Positions 48,601 through 61,890 of a DNA stretch of 64,000 nucleotides are shown here, piece by piece. Below the pieces are notes generated by a model. It saw nothing but the letters and a program-made list of their open reading frames with translations. It had not been told where the DNA came from and made no database searches. This DNA comes from the human T2T-CHM13v2.0 reference genome, Homo sapiens, in assembly GCF_009914755.1 (NCBI RefSeq), contig NC_060930.1; one strand, written 5' to 3'. A program made the position numbers and the translations under genes. Numbering within the stretch: the first letter of the stretch is position 1; each line of letters begins with the position of its first letter.

Positions 48601-51600
48601 TGGCACTTTTTTAAAATTATTGATTCAATCTCACTGTTTGTTATTGGTCTGTTCAGAGTTTCTGTTTCTTTCTGATTTAATCTAGGATGGTTGTATATTT
48701 CTGGGAATTTATTAATCTAGGATGGTTGTATATTTCTGGGAATTTCCTCTAAATTTTCTAGTTTTGTGTGCGTAAAGTTGTTCATAGTAGCCTCAAATGA
48801 TCTTTTATATTTCTGTGGTACTGGCTGTAATATCTCCAGTTTCATTTCTCATTGAGCTTATTTGAATCTTCTCTCTTGTTTTCTTGGTTAAATCTCACTA
48901 AGGGTCTATCATTTTGGTTTTTCTTTTCAAAGAATCAGATTTTGTTTCATTTATCTTTTGTATTGGTTTTCTTGTGTGTTTCAATTTTATTTAGTTCTGA
49001 TCTTTGTTATTTATTTTCTTCTGCTGGTTTGGGTTTGGTTTGTTCTTGTTTCTCTACTTTCTTGAGGTGTGAAATTAGGTTGTCTATTTGTGCTTTTTCA
49101 GATTTTTTGATGTAGGCATTTAATGCTATGTAGTTTCCTCTTAACACTGCTTTTGCTGTATCCCAGAGGTTTTGATCAGTTGTGTCAGTATTATCATTCA
49201 TTTCAAAGAATTTTTAAATTTCCATCTTGATTTCATTGTTAACCTAAAAATAATTCAAGAGCATTTTGTTTAATTTTCATGTATTTGTATACTTTTGAGG
49301 GTTCCTTTTGGGGTTGACTTTCAGTTTTAGTCTATTGTTGTCTGAGAAGATACTTGATATAATTTTTATTTTCTTAAATTTGTTGAACTTGTTTTGTGGC
49401 CTATCATATGGTCTGTCTTGGAGAATGTTCTATGTGCTGACAAGAAGAATGTATATTCTGCAGTTGTTGGGAAGAATGTTCTATAAATGTGTGTTAAGTC
49501 CATTTATTCTAGGGTATAGTTTCAGTCCATTGTTTCTGTGTTGACTTTCTGTCTTGATGATCTGTACAGTGCTGTTAGATGAGTATTGAAGTCTCCTACT
49601 ATTATTTTGTTGCTGTCTATATCATTTCTTAGGTCTAGTAGTAATTGTTTTATAAATCTGGGAGCTCCAGTGTTAGGTGCATACACATTTAGGATTATAA
49701 TATCTTCTCGTTGGACTAATTCTTTTATCATTATATAATGTCCTACTTTGTCTTTTTGTTTTTTAACTCTTATTGCTTTAAAGTCAGTTTTGTCTGATAT
49801 AAGAATAGTTACTCCTATTCACTTTTGGTTTCCATTTGCTTGGAGTATACTTTTCACTCTTTTGCCTTAAATTTATGTGAGTCCTTACGTATTAGGGCAG
49901 TCTCTTGAAGACAGCAGATATTTGGTTGGTGGCTTTTATGCATTCTGCCATTCTGTATCTTGTAAGTGGAACTTTTAGGCCATTAACATGCAATGTTAAT
50001 GTTGAGATGTGGAGTACCATTCATTCATCATATTAGTTGTTACCTAGATTTTTCAAAAAATTGTATTATTGTTTTATAGGCCCTGTGAGATTTATGCTTT
50101 AAGGAGGCTTTATTTTAGTGCATATTGAACTTTTGCTTCAAGATTTAGAACTCCTTTTTAGCTTTTCTTGTAGTTCTAGTTTGGTAATGACAATTCATTC
50201 AGCCTTTTTTTGTCTGAAAAAGACTTTGTCTCTTTTTCATTTATGAAGCTTAGTTTTGCTGGATACAAAATTCTTGGCTGACAGTTACTTTGTTTAAGGA
50301 AGCTAAAGATAGGACCCCAGTCCGTTCTGGCTTATAAGGTTTCTGCTGAGAAATCTGCTGTTAGTCTGATGAGTTTTCCTTTATAAGTTACCTGATTCTT
50401 TTGTCTCACAGCTCTTAAAATTATTTCCTTCATGTGGACTTTAGATAGTCTGATGACTATGTGCCTTGGTGATGATCTTTTTGCAATGAATTTCCCAGGA
50501 GTTCTTTTTACTTCTTGTATTTGAATATCTAGATATCTAGCAAGGCCAGGGATGTTTTCCTCAATTATTTCCTCAAATAAGTTTTCCAAACCTTTAGACT
50601 TCTCTTCTCTGTCTGGAACACCAGTTATCCTTAGGTCTGGCCATTTTACATAATCCCATATTTCTTGGAAACTTTGTTCATTTCTTTTTTTTCTTTATAT
50701 CTTTGTCAGATTGGGTTAATTTAATAGTCTTGTTTTTGAACTCTGAAATTGCTTCTTCTACTTGTTCTAGCCTATTGTTGAAACTTTCCACTGCATTCCC
50801 TAAGTGTGTCTTTCATTTCCAGAAGTTCTGATTGGTTTTTCTTTATGATATGTATCTCTCTGGAAAAATTTTCATTCATGTCCTGGATTAAAAAATTTTT
50901 CTTTATGTTGTTTTTCACCTTTCTCTGGTATCTCTTTGAGTAGCTTGATAATCAACCTTCTGAATTCTTTATCTGGTATTTCAAAGATTTCATCTTGGTT
51001 TGGATCCATTGCTGGGGAGCTAGTGTGATCTTTTGGGAGTGTTATAGAACCCTGTTTTGTCATATTACCAGTATTAACTTTTCTGGTGTCTCCTCAATTG
51101 GATAAACTATTTCTTCAAAATGTTCTTGAATTTATTTTTGATTTGACTGTGTTTAAAAATTTGTTTCCCTCTTAAGGATCTGACTTTAATGTTTATAGTT
51201 TATAATAGCTGAATTTGATTGTTGGTGCTTGTAGGGGTGAAGACTATATGAGTTCCTTAGTTACAAAGAATCTTTGTGCGCTGACTTTCCCAGATGCTGG
51301 TTGAAGTAGTTGTGCATTTGGTGTGTGGGCAAGTTTACTGTCTCCTATAGGGTCGGAATAACAGGGATCTATTGAAGCTTATCTCATTCTCCTGTGGTGT
51401 ACACTTTATTTATTTATTCAGTTTTTCTCCAGTATTTTATTTACTGAGTAGATACTTCAGGTTTCAGGCCAGTAGGGAGGTATCCCTAGTTTGGCACCAG
51501 TTGTAGCTAAAGCAGTTGGGTAGATGTAATACTCAATGGTGGGCAGAGGTCCCAGCCTTGATGAAGATGGCTGGGGAAGCTCTCAATTAGATGTGCTGAT

Positions 51601-52280
51601 GATTTATCAGGGTGAAGGGTGGAAGCCACCTCAAATCTCCTGCCAGGCCAGCAGGAAAGCTATCTACCTCTGTGCTTTACTCCTGTCCCACTGTTCTGGC
51701 TATTCAGATCAGACAGGCATATCTTTTCATCTGTAGGAATGTTGATGTTCCAAGTAGGGAGGAACTGTGACTTTGCCTCTTGTGCAAGCCTGAATCTGGA
51801 GAGTACTCCTCCTGTGGGGCTTCAATCATCCTGAATTATTCCAAGAAGGCTGTCTATAGGTGCATACATGCTATATTCCCATGGGAGAAGCCCCAGCTGC
51901 ATCTGCAGTGATGTACTGGGGAAACAAGGACCCTTTATCCAAGACCCTTCATGATCACAGAGGCTGTCTACCTGTTGGAGTAGAGGTGAAGACTTTCTCT
52001 ACTGCACCCAACACTGCAATTGGGTCTCTGCTGTAAGAAACTTCCCACCAGCAGAAAGATCTGGGACTCAGGGCCTGCCGTTCAGATTCTTTTGTTTCAT
52101 GGGTGTTCCCTTGATGTGGTGATTTCTCCCTTCCCCTACAAGGGAGACTTCCTGATAGCCAGACTGCAGTGTCTGTTATTGCTCTTCTGGGTCTAGCCAC
52201 CCAGTGGGGCTACCAGACTCTGGGCTGGTGCTGAGGAATGTCTGCAAGGGATCCAGTGAGTGACCTGACTTCAAGTTGCC
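45700..52280 (-). mobile_element. Near full-length L1PB (5' UTR, ORF1, ORF2, 3' UTR), decayed
   Basis: ORF1 remnants 50332-51063; ORF2 EN/RT/C-terminal remnants (e.g. 49522-49731, 45912-46412); L1PB-type 3' end. Confidence 0.95.
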
Positions 52281-53514
52281 CATCACACACATATATTTTT
52301 ACTAATGTATCATTTTACTTTACATATTGCTTTCTGACCTACTTTTTTTCTCTTAACCTATTGTGAATAAATGAGGCTTTTGCCTTATTTCATCTTTCCT
52401 TGTGAATAAATAAGGCTTTTGCACATGATAATTTGCAATGATTGAATAGATATGGATGTATAGCATACCAATTATTATAAATGTAAGACTTGATACGCAT
52501 CTTAAATATCTTTTATATTTGTCTAAATACTATCTTTAAATAATTATAAAGAATATATAAATAATAACAATTAAAACATTAACATTATTTAATAATTAAA
52601 ATAATAAAAAGTATCTTAAAATATATTTGTATATGTGGCCTTTTGCTCATAAGGATGTATGTTCTGCTTTGATATATATTGCTACATAGAAAAACTGGGC
52701 CAGTGTATATCCACCCACTTCATGGATTGTACAAACTTACCCATTTCCTTGCATCACTAACTGTGGGGTTTTTTTTTTTGCATCTTTTTCAATGGATAAG
52801 TAAAAACTTGTAACTCCCGCTTTAATTATTTGCATTTTTTAACTTACTAGTGAAGTTGAACTTCTTTTCTCAAGTTTTTTGGCCACTTATATTCCTTTTA
52901 TTTTGTGAATTGTCATTGTGTGTCCTGTGACCTAAATCTCTTAAACTTATTATTATTTTATTAAATTGTGAAATATGTTACAAATATTGAAGAATGGATC
53001 AAAATGTAAATATGGTTTAAAAGTTACTATAAAGTGAACACACATGTAATGACAACATGGTTTGAAGAAATAGGACTCTGCCAGTTCCTAGGGGCTCCCT
53101 GTCCCCCTCCTGATGTTGCAGCTCCTCTCCTCCCAGAAATAACCCAGGAGTAACTGCTAGCATGACTTTCATGATCATCACTATCTTGCTCTTTTTTGTA
53201 GTGGTACCACTTCTGTGGACATTCCTAAACAGAAGAGGCATGTTTGCCTGTTTTTGAACTGTGGATGGATGAAATACAATCTCATGCTTTCTCTTCTGGC
53301 TGGCTTGTTCTGCTCAATATTGTGTCTTGGTTCATTGGTGGAAAGCCTGTGGAGGACAAAGGGGAGACTTCTTTAACAGGTTTGAGTACTCCTCATTGGC
53401 TTAGCAAAGCCTTCCTTGGAACCGCACTGCAGTCTCTGATTCTTTCTACTCCATCCTTCCTCCCTGCTCATTATAAGGTCTGACCTCCATTATGATCTGA
53501 AGGCTCTTCCTACC

Positions 53515-53930
53515 AGTATTAATTTGCCAGGGCAGCTGTAACAAATTACCACACAGTTGGTGGCTTCAAGCAACAGAAATTTATTCCCTCACAGTTTTGG
53601 AGGCCAGTTTAAATCAAGGTGTCAGCAAGGCTGTGCTTCCTCTAGAGGCTCGTGGGAGAATTTTTCCTTACTGCATCCAGCTTCTGATGGCTCAAAGAAT
53701 TCCTTGGCTTGCATCACTCCAATCTCTGCCCCAAAGCTTTCTCTGTCTTTCCATTATAAGTCATTATCATTGGATTTATGGCTCATCTGGATAATGTTGG
53801 ATGATGTCATCTGAAGATCCCTAACTTTGTTACTTCTGCAAAGACTCTTTTTTTTCCCCCCCAGATATGGCCACATTCCCAGGTTCTGGGATATGGACTT
53901 ATCTTTTTGGTGGCCATCAGTCAAGTGAAC
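53515..53930 (-). mobile_element. MLT1C/D-like LTR
   Basis: gctgtaacaaattaccacac..aaatcaaggtgtcagcaagg. Confidence 0.8.
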
Positions 53931-54419
53931 ACTGGATCGCCTTCTCTGGATCTCCCCCTTTATTCTTCACATGTGGGCCCCCCAATAAATGGGTCTTATC
54001 TTAGCAGCTGCTTCTTGAAGGACTTGAACCAACCACAAATCATTGAGCTAAAAAGCTAGTCCTGCCATTAGGAACGCCACTGCCTGTGTGGTTCCTCTGA
54101 GACACAGCCTCAGCTTGTGATGCAGGTCAGAGCCCTGTGAAGAAGAGGAAGCCCTGGACTGGGTAGCGAGAATCTCACACAGAGGAGCAGTTCTGGGAAA
54201 GATCTGGCCAGGCCAGCAGGGAATCCCTGAGCCCATTAGAAGAGTGCTGAGTCTCACAGGCAGAGCCTGCTGTAGTTCACCTACTATGCTCCACCATTAG
54301 CAGGGAGCAGCAGGCTGAGGCACATGGGGCCCAGGCAGGAGTGTGGCAGCCCCTGGGGCTGTCAACTCACTGTGCTCTTTGCTGCAGCACATCTGGGAAG
54401 CTCCTTTTCATGGCCAATA

Positions 54420-56320
54420 ACATCCACCCCTTGTACTGAACAGATGTACTTTTTCCATCCAGGTTTGGGAATAGAACCTCAATGATTCCAGTGGGCCTCT
54501 CTGAGGAGAAACTTAAAAGAGGCAGTGCTATGGTCGGAATGTTCGTATGTTGAAACCTAACCCCCAGTGTGGTATTAGGGGGTGGGCCTTTGGCAGGGCA
54601 AAGCCCTCATGACCTAATCACCTCCTAAAGGCCCCACCTCCTAATGGGGTTAGTGTCCTTATAAAAGAAGCCCGAGAGAGCTGCCTTGCCCCTTCCACCA
54701 CTGAGAACACAGCTAGAAGGCGCCACCTGTGAATCAGGCAATGAATCTTCACCAGATACTGAATCTGGTGAGAGCTTGACTTTGGCCTTCTCAGCTTCCA
54801 GAACTGTGAGAAATAAATTTCTGTTGTTTATAAGTCACTCAGTTGATGTTTTGTTTGTTTGTTTGTCTGTTTGTTGTTATAGCAGCCTGAGCAGACTAAG
54901 ACAGGCAGGTTACTCTATTAAGAACAAACTAAGTCCCTGCCACTGTAGTTGGTCTCAGGGCCACATGCGTTCCTCTTCCTCCCCGTCCTCCACTCTCTAC
55001 TCTAAATTCCCATCACCCTCAGCTGTCCCCTCAGCAGGTTGTGGTGGTTTGCCTTTGGAAGGTGTGATTCAAACCTTCACTGCTGCAGGGTCAAAACCCT
55101 TGGTAATCCCACCCTTGCTTTGGGGCTATTGCACATGTGCATCCACAGTACAGTGGAACAGGGAGAAGAACCCTTCCATTCCTAAACCCAGGTATTCTTG
55201 CTGTGGTGAGAGTGCCATTTTGAAATTTCTAATTTAATGTGTACAGTGTATCAAGAAGGATGGCACCCTATCTTTCGGAGTGCTGTCTCTGAGCTGGCAC
55301 TTCAGCGTGCCCTCACAAAGCCATTCCCAAACTCTATGAGGCTGGCTGCTTCTGCATGAACACTGTGTGATATAACAAGTGGTCAGGGGCACAATCCCCC
55401 ATATCTCATGGTGAGGGAAGTGACAGAGTGTGCAGTAGCCTCCATTTATCCTCTTTCCAGATCCATTTTCTGTTCTGTGCCTTGCTCTATTTCCCAGAAG
55501 GTGAAGACTTTGGGATATCATCACCAGGTTGGATTCAGGCAATGGGGGTGAGGCGGGTGGCTGGGAGGAAGAACCACGAAATTGAAGGGAAGGTGGATAA
55601 AAAGTTTCAGATTTTTTTTTTTTTTTCTGCCAGTCTTCCCTGCTTTGGTCCAACAGAGGCTGTGCCCCTCCATGTGCTTTCGTAGTTACCATTCTCACTA
55701 GACTCCAGATTCACTCTTTCCTCGGGGTGGTAATAGCTTCCCTCCACATTTCCCTTAAGCTTGCCCCGGTTAGATACTAGTCTGTGTGGATCTCAAGCCT
55801 ATGAATTAGGCCCCAGATAGTGGTGCTGGATGAGGTTTTGAGGACAGGTGAAGGAAAACCATACAGGGGATAGGTTTCCAGCCCTGGGAGAGTGAATGCC
55901 AGCCCTTCCAGGATAGAAGGGGTCCCCGGTAGCAACTTGCCACCCAGTGGTCAGTTGGTCTCTGAGGAATAAACCATATTGGGGGCTCAATATTGGTCTC
56001 TCTTCCTAGCAGGTTAGACATTCAGAGGCAGCAATAGCCAGATTGGCTTTGGTAAGTAGAAGTCTATGCTCTTGGGTGCACATCTTTCTATCAGTTTGAC
56101 CACTGTGACCTCTCCATTCATGCCATTCTGGGGTGGCCGATGAAAAAGTCTGGTTAATGGCAGCTAGCTAGCTGGATCTGTTCATCTCCTAGGCTATTTC
56201 CTGCCGCTTCTGTGGTGGATGATCTCTAGTGTGTGTTAACATGTGACACAAAAGTCTTCACACTTTGTGCCCACTGCCATATGGCCCTCCCCATGTCTCT
56301 TCCCCAGGCCACCTTGTTTG
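54420..56320 (-). mobile_element. ERVL/MaLR internal (integrase-region) fragment with adjacent old LTR pieces (~53320-54420)
   Basis: ERVL-like motifs e.g. caaagccattcc, gtggtgctggatg, ggggctcaatattgg, cactttgtgcccactgcc. Confidence 0.55.
54526..54903 (+). mobile_element. MLT1A0-like solo LTR
   Basis: tgctatgg...ctaagaca; 5-bp TSD ggcag at 54521-54525 and 54904-54908. Confidence 0.9.
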
Positions 56321-57660
56321 AGGAATGGAGCAAATAAGGTCCTTTTGGATGAGCAAATGTAGAAAGGAAAATCCTAGTATTAAACAAAGTTGAATAGTTC
56401 ATGAAACTATTACAAATATGGTAACATAGGTTGTAAGTTTGAATAAAGTTGTGATTACTTAAGATTTAGAAATCTTATATTATTTATTCTTTGAAAGCAC
56501 TGTGAACCTTATGTCAAAAGGAAAGTGATGCCAAAAGAGACAGAAAAAGAGATTGAGAGAGTTTTCCTGGGTGATTACTAACCCTGAGTCCTCATTCTAG
56601 CCAAACACTGCCAACACAGGCACAGGAGTGTACAAGACAAGCCAGTGAACAGAACCATGAGAGGTGTGTGAAGCCAGGGATTATATGACCTGAATTGGAG
56701 GCAAAGAGCTCTCAGTAGTACCTGCCAAATGAAAGCAAGAAGGATTAGCCTACTGTTTTATACTTCTCTCTTCCCACCAGCTAGAATGGGAATCTTCTGG
56801 GCTTTTGGAGTAAGAACGCTTCTTGTTTGAGGAATATGCCATAAGGAACCCTGCTAAGGGCCTTATGAAAAGGCGCCTTTGGAGCAAGCAGCCTGCTGAC
56901 AGTTGAGATTTGAATTTCAAATGCAGGAACTTCTGAAAGAAAAACAGTCTCAGTGCAACATAAATTGCTTCCAAACACTCAAAGACACAGCAGAAAGGGC
57001 AACAGAAAACCACATGAGGCAAAATAATTTTGACAAACTGTTATGAAATCTGTTCTCTTTCTCTGCGCCCCTCTCCTCCCAACCTCCAAGTAACCAGAAG
57101 AAGCAGAAAATTAATTGAAACTGCAGGAAGTTCCAAGAAACTCTGAGGTGGGAGATATATTTGAAAACTAGGTGCTATGACTGAATCAACAGTCTCCTTT
57201 AGGGAAATATCCCCCAGAGAGAAGGAGAAAGTCCTGACTGAGTATGAAGACAGCCAGTCCATTTGTATATATTTAACTTGTAAAGATGGAAGCTGTGTGT
57301 ACTGTTAGCCAGCTTTTAGGCCACTCCTGAAGCCCCTATAAGGTGCATGCATAGCAATTAATCATCATGTGCTTTGTCATCAAGTAATCTGTGATATATT
57401 TCAGACGTCTCAACTGAAAGAAACTTCCTTTTCTGCCTGGAGAAAGAACTTGTGAAAGCATCCACCACTGTGTAGCCCGGGTATGAGAGGTGCCAACTGT
57501 TTATACATCACATGCCCAGAAACCACCCGAAGGTTAGTTCTTTTCACAGAAAGGAAAATACAAATTTGTGAACCATATCCGAAGGCTGAGTAAGATGACT
57601 TGGAGGGCAGGTTTCAGAATGAATTTGAAATATACAGTCAGATCGCTATTTTTCCATGCC

Positions 57661-57662
<2 letters not shown>

Positions 57663-57697
<35 letters not shown>

Positions 57698-57714
57698 GAG
57701 AGAGTGAGAGAGAG
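57663..57714. repeat. (TG)n(AG)n microsatellite
   Basis: Direct reading. Confidence 0.95.
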
Positions 57715-59064
57715 TTAAACGTGTCCCTACTGGTGACCCAGTCAAAGAGCAATTGTTGAATTCCTGCATTTCAGGCTGTGGACATATTATTCTACCAGTG
57801 GGAAATAAGGTTCTTGCAGTCCCATTATGGGAAGCCAAATTGCTTCATCCCCAGAAGCCAGAAGATTTCACTAGCTAGCAGTGGGGAGCCCATACAAAGC
57901 TGTAATTTGCAATCTGAATCTAATTTCAAACCTCATCTAAAAAAATGAAAATTAATATATTGAAAAAACTCCCTATACTGCTGGCTAGCTTCCTGCCAAA
58001 TTCCTTAGAATTTATCAGTAATTGATTTCTTGAAGAAAATTAGTCAGTTTATTCATTGTTTCAAATATTCTTTTACTTTGTATATAGTAACTATGGTTAA
58101 TATGGGTAAAGACCCACCTACTAAGAAATGATTCATAACATTATCCAAAGGAATGACTATCTTTAGAATATTACCAGTGTAAGAAAACAAGTTTGTCTTC
58201 TAATAAAAGTGAAAAATTTATGTGAATTCAGCCTTAAAATAGGAAAGAGCTCTACTCAAGTGAGATTGAATTTAGGGGCTGTCACTCCCGAAGGTGGAGA
58301 GAAAGATGTGCATGAGAAATGTCACACACATCTAAGCTTTGGCTCTGCTCACCCAAACCCGCCCCTTTCTAAAGCCAAATTAATGAGCGGGCTACTGTCT
58401 CCAGCTTCCCGACCATAACAAGCTTGCAGTGGAGGGAAGAAACAGAGCAAGGGAAATTCATGACTGAGCAATGTCCTCCCACCACTTGAAACGTGAGCCG
58501 TTGCCAAGAAAAATATAAGGGTATTATTAGACAAGCACACACACCACCCTGCAGTCATGAAGGTTGGAAATGAAGGTACAGGGTTAGCCTTCTCAAAAGA
58601 AAGTTGCAAACAATACCAAAATCCTTTCTCTTCAACTCCTCCACTTTCTATTTGATTTCTGGAGCTCTTAACAAATGACAAGAATTGGCCGAGTTGTGTT
58701 TTTCCTGCCTCCTGCTCCTTCCTCTGCTGAAAGTAAAAGCTAAAAAAGCTGAGAAATGATTACAAGTTGGACAGAAGGGAAAGAATTCAGTCTGAGTAAT
58801 TTGCCAGCTGTTACTCAGCTCTGGATAACTAAAGCCTGAAGGACACTTACCATGGTGGAGGTTTTGTGGGGCATGAAGCTTATATAATTTCAGGGGCTTT
58901 CTTTAAGAAAAGGAAGACCCATTTATGAAATCAATATTAGGTATGAAAGTATACAGTTATTCAGAATGAGAAATCACAAGGAAACACACCTACTAAAAAG
59001 CTGAGAAATAACTCTTCATCTGGGATTTGTCATTTCTCATCTCAATGAGTGTACTAATTCTTTC

Positions 59065-59392
59065 CTGTTTTTTTTGTTTTGTTTTGTTTTTGTTTTTGTG
59101 TTTTGTTTTGAGACAGAGTCTCCCTCTGTTGCCCGGGCTGGAGTGCAGTGGTGCGATCTCAGCTCACTGCAAGCTCTGCCTCCCAGGGTTCAAGTGATTC
59201 TCCTGTCTCAGCCTCCTCAGTAGCTGGGATTACAGGCACACACCACCATGCCTGGCTAATTTTTGTATTTTTATTAGAGATGGGATTTTGTCATGTTGGA
59301 CAGGCTGGTCTCGAAATTCTGACCTTAGGTGATCTGCCCACCTCAGCCTCCCAAAGGGCTGGGGTTACAGGCTTAAGCCACCACACCAGGGC
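59065..59392 (-). mobile_element. AluS
   Basis: (TTTTG)n tail, full dimer; no TSD seen. Confidence 0.94.
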
Positions 59393-59727
59393 CCAGTGTA
59401 AAATGAAAACTGTGGGTCCCCTTGTTCAAAAAGTATTAAGAATTTCAGCAGAACATTAAACCAAGCTCAGGTCCCTTCTAAGTGTGGAGCCCTGCAACTG
59501 CATAGGTTGCACACTCATAGAGCTGGCCCTATCAGCATAATAAAATACAGAAAAGTAATATAAATAGTATGTTTTTATGAACTGATGGACTTACTTCTAT
59601 GACTTGTCTTACTTTTTTTTCTACATATTTTTTGACTACTACTTCATATGATGACTACTTTGTAATATCTTTTTCAATACCCTGGAAAGATAATTCAGTC
59701 TTTCTTTTTAGCATGCTAATTAAAATT

Positions 59728-59822
59728 TTTTCTTTCTTTCTCTTTCTTTCTTTCTTTTCTTCTTTCTTTCTTTTTCTTTCTTTCTTCTTTCTTTCTTTCT
59801 TCTTTCTTTTTTTTTTTTTTTT
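59728..59822. repeat. (TTTC)n/poly-T tract
   Basis: Direct reading. Confidence 0.95.
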
Positions 59823-61179
59823 ACCATTGACAGATTAGAAAAATTTGTTTCAGCATCACAATTCATTATTTTTCATGTCATGTAAGCTTTTAGGATTGTA
59901 GTTAAGTTTGGGAAAGCCACTGTCAAGTTTCTTTCTCCTAGTATGAGCCACAGGATTTGTTTTACAGACAGGCCTGGTACCACCTGCATGCTTCTAGAAC
60001 CAGGTTCTCCAAGATGGGTCCACAATGCCGTACAACCTCTGGTCTGGCTTTCTGTTGTGTTGTTAGGGGAGTTGGCACAAGAGTGGGTGATGGGAGGATT
60101 TTTTGAGGCCATTCTTTTACCAGAACAGTTAGCAATAACTTGGAAGTGATATCTCAAACTAAATGATTCTCAAATAAAGTTTCTCTTGGCTGGATTCCAA
60201 AAATGCCCACGGCCCCAACACCAATAGACAGGTGGGAAAGTGTGATTAGGGTTGGGTTGGGTGGGGTCTCAAAGTCATGGTGGACTATAGTTGATCTTGT
60301 GAAAATAGTTCACTTCTGCAAATTTTATAATATGTGACATGGAAAGGGCCCATGCAAGCTTAACCCTCATTGCAGCCTCATAGTAAATCTACTTCTGATA
60401 ATAAAACACATCACATTGGCACTTGGCAATCTACTCACCTAGAGTGAAGTATTATGCCAATCACAAAATAGAGCCACAGAGCTGGCTCTAATACAAGCTG
60501 GGCAAATGGTGGCCATTTTCTTTGTGAGAGGCCACGTGACTTCTGAATTCCACAACACAAAGGCTGCAGGCTGCCCTTCTGTGTTTTTAGGTGCATGTTT
60601 CCACTTAGGTAATAAAGCAGACAGCGATGGCATGATGGACAATGATACTTACTGCAGATTAAGATGGATGAAAAGAGTCTACTCCCCTTATTTGAGGTAA
60701 AGGCCACTTCCGATTTACTCCTAGAAAAGTGCCTGCACATTTAAAATAAAGAGTATTTTCTAGAAATCAAAGTCTTGTTTTGAAAAGAAATATTTTACTC
60801 ACTGCTCTATAGGGCTGGAATTATAACAACCATGGATTATATGTGGAAAATGAGTTAATTTTGCAACGCACACTTCGTGTCATCTAGATACCAGGTTCCC
60901 AGCATCTCACAGAGCTTGAGAGTTGGTGTGGTTCTCAGACATAGGTTTTACAATGCCCATTGGACAGGCAAGACAATAGGCTAAAAACAAAAGGGAAGAG
61001 ACCATAATGATATGCAGCAGTGTTGGATGTGTCTTAGAGTCAACTTGCAATTTTTCATGCTAGAGAGAGGAGCAGCAACATGGAAAATTGAAAACTGGAC
61101 TATCTGTCCAGCTAGTCAAGACTGTACCCTTACTCTCTGGGGGGTAAATCCAGTGGCCTTTTCTTCACACTCATACTTC

Positions 61180-61890
61180 TTGATCTCTCAGCCATCTTTG
61201 AGACTGCTGAACTCTCCTCCTTCTTGAACTCCTTTCTTTCTTTGACCTTGTCCTCTCCACACTCACCTTCACCTGCTCTAATGGTGAAGTTTCTATTCCC
61301 TCCTCCACCCTCTGCTCTCCTCTATATTTTCTCCTTGGCTCTTTCACCCTCCCTCGACCTCACTGAGCTTTCCTATGGAGTCTCTCACCCTCATTCACAA
61401 TGCCTTCCCCCTCTAGTCTCACCTGACTGATCCACTGGCTTGTAAAACCTCCACATGCCTATGATCTTTCTTCTGTGTTGTCACCACAATCCTCCTCATC
61501 CTTCATTTCTAAGGATGTCACCCCAATCCTCCTCATCCTTCATTTTGAAGATTTGGCAGAATCTCTGACTCTCTCAACCTCTTCTTCTGAAATCCCTTTC
61601 ACCTGCCATTTTCTCTCCATCTCCAATAGAGTTATCACATCACTGCTTCACTGATTAAAATAACCTAAATATTTTTCTGGCTTCATCCTCCCTTCTTTTA
61701 ATGTATTCTAAGTATTTTCTCTAAGTATAATTAAAATATTATACTCTACTGCTCAAACACCTCCCATAGCTTCCCATTGCTATCCTTCATAAAGTACAAA
61801 ATTCCTTAGTACAACATTTGGGGCTTTCCGTAATCTGACTCCAACACATCTTTCCAGTATTATATCATACACTCTTCCTCCCTCACCCTT
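61180..61890 (+). mobile_element. L2 fragments
   Basis: ctgctcaaacacctcccatagcttcccattgc. Confidence 0.6.

Larger units (their letters stand above)
58860..60400. mobile_element. hAT-Tip100 (MER45-like) fragments
   Basis: gggcccagtgtaaaatgaaaac..ccccttgttcaaaaag; gtggggcatgaagcttata. Confidence 0.45.

Noticed and set aside
54686-55698. 183-aa and 154-aa ORFs
   Set aside because: Span an MLT1A0 LTR and ERVL internal remnants.
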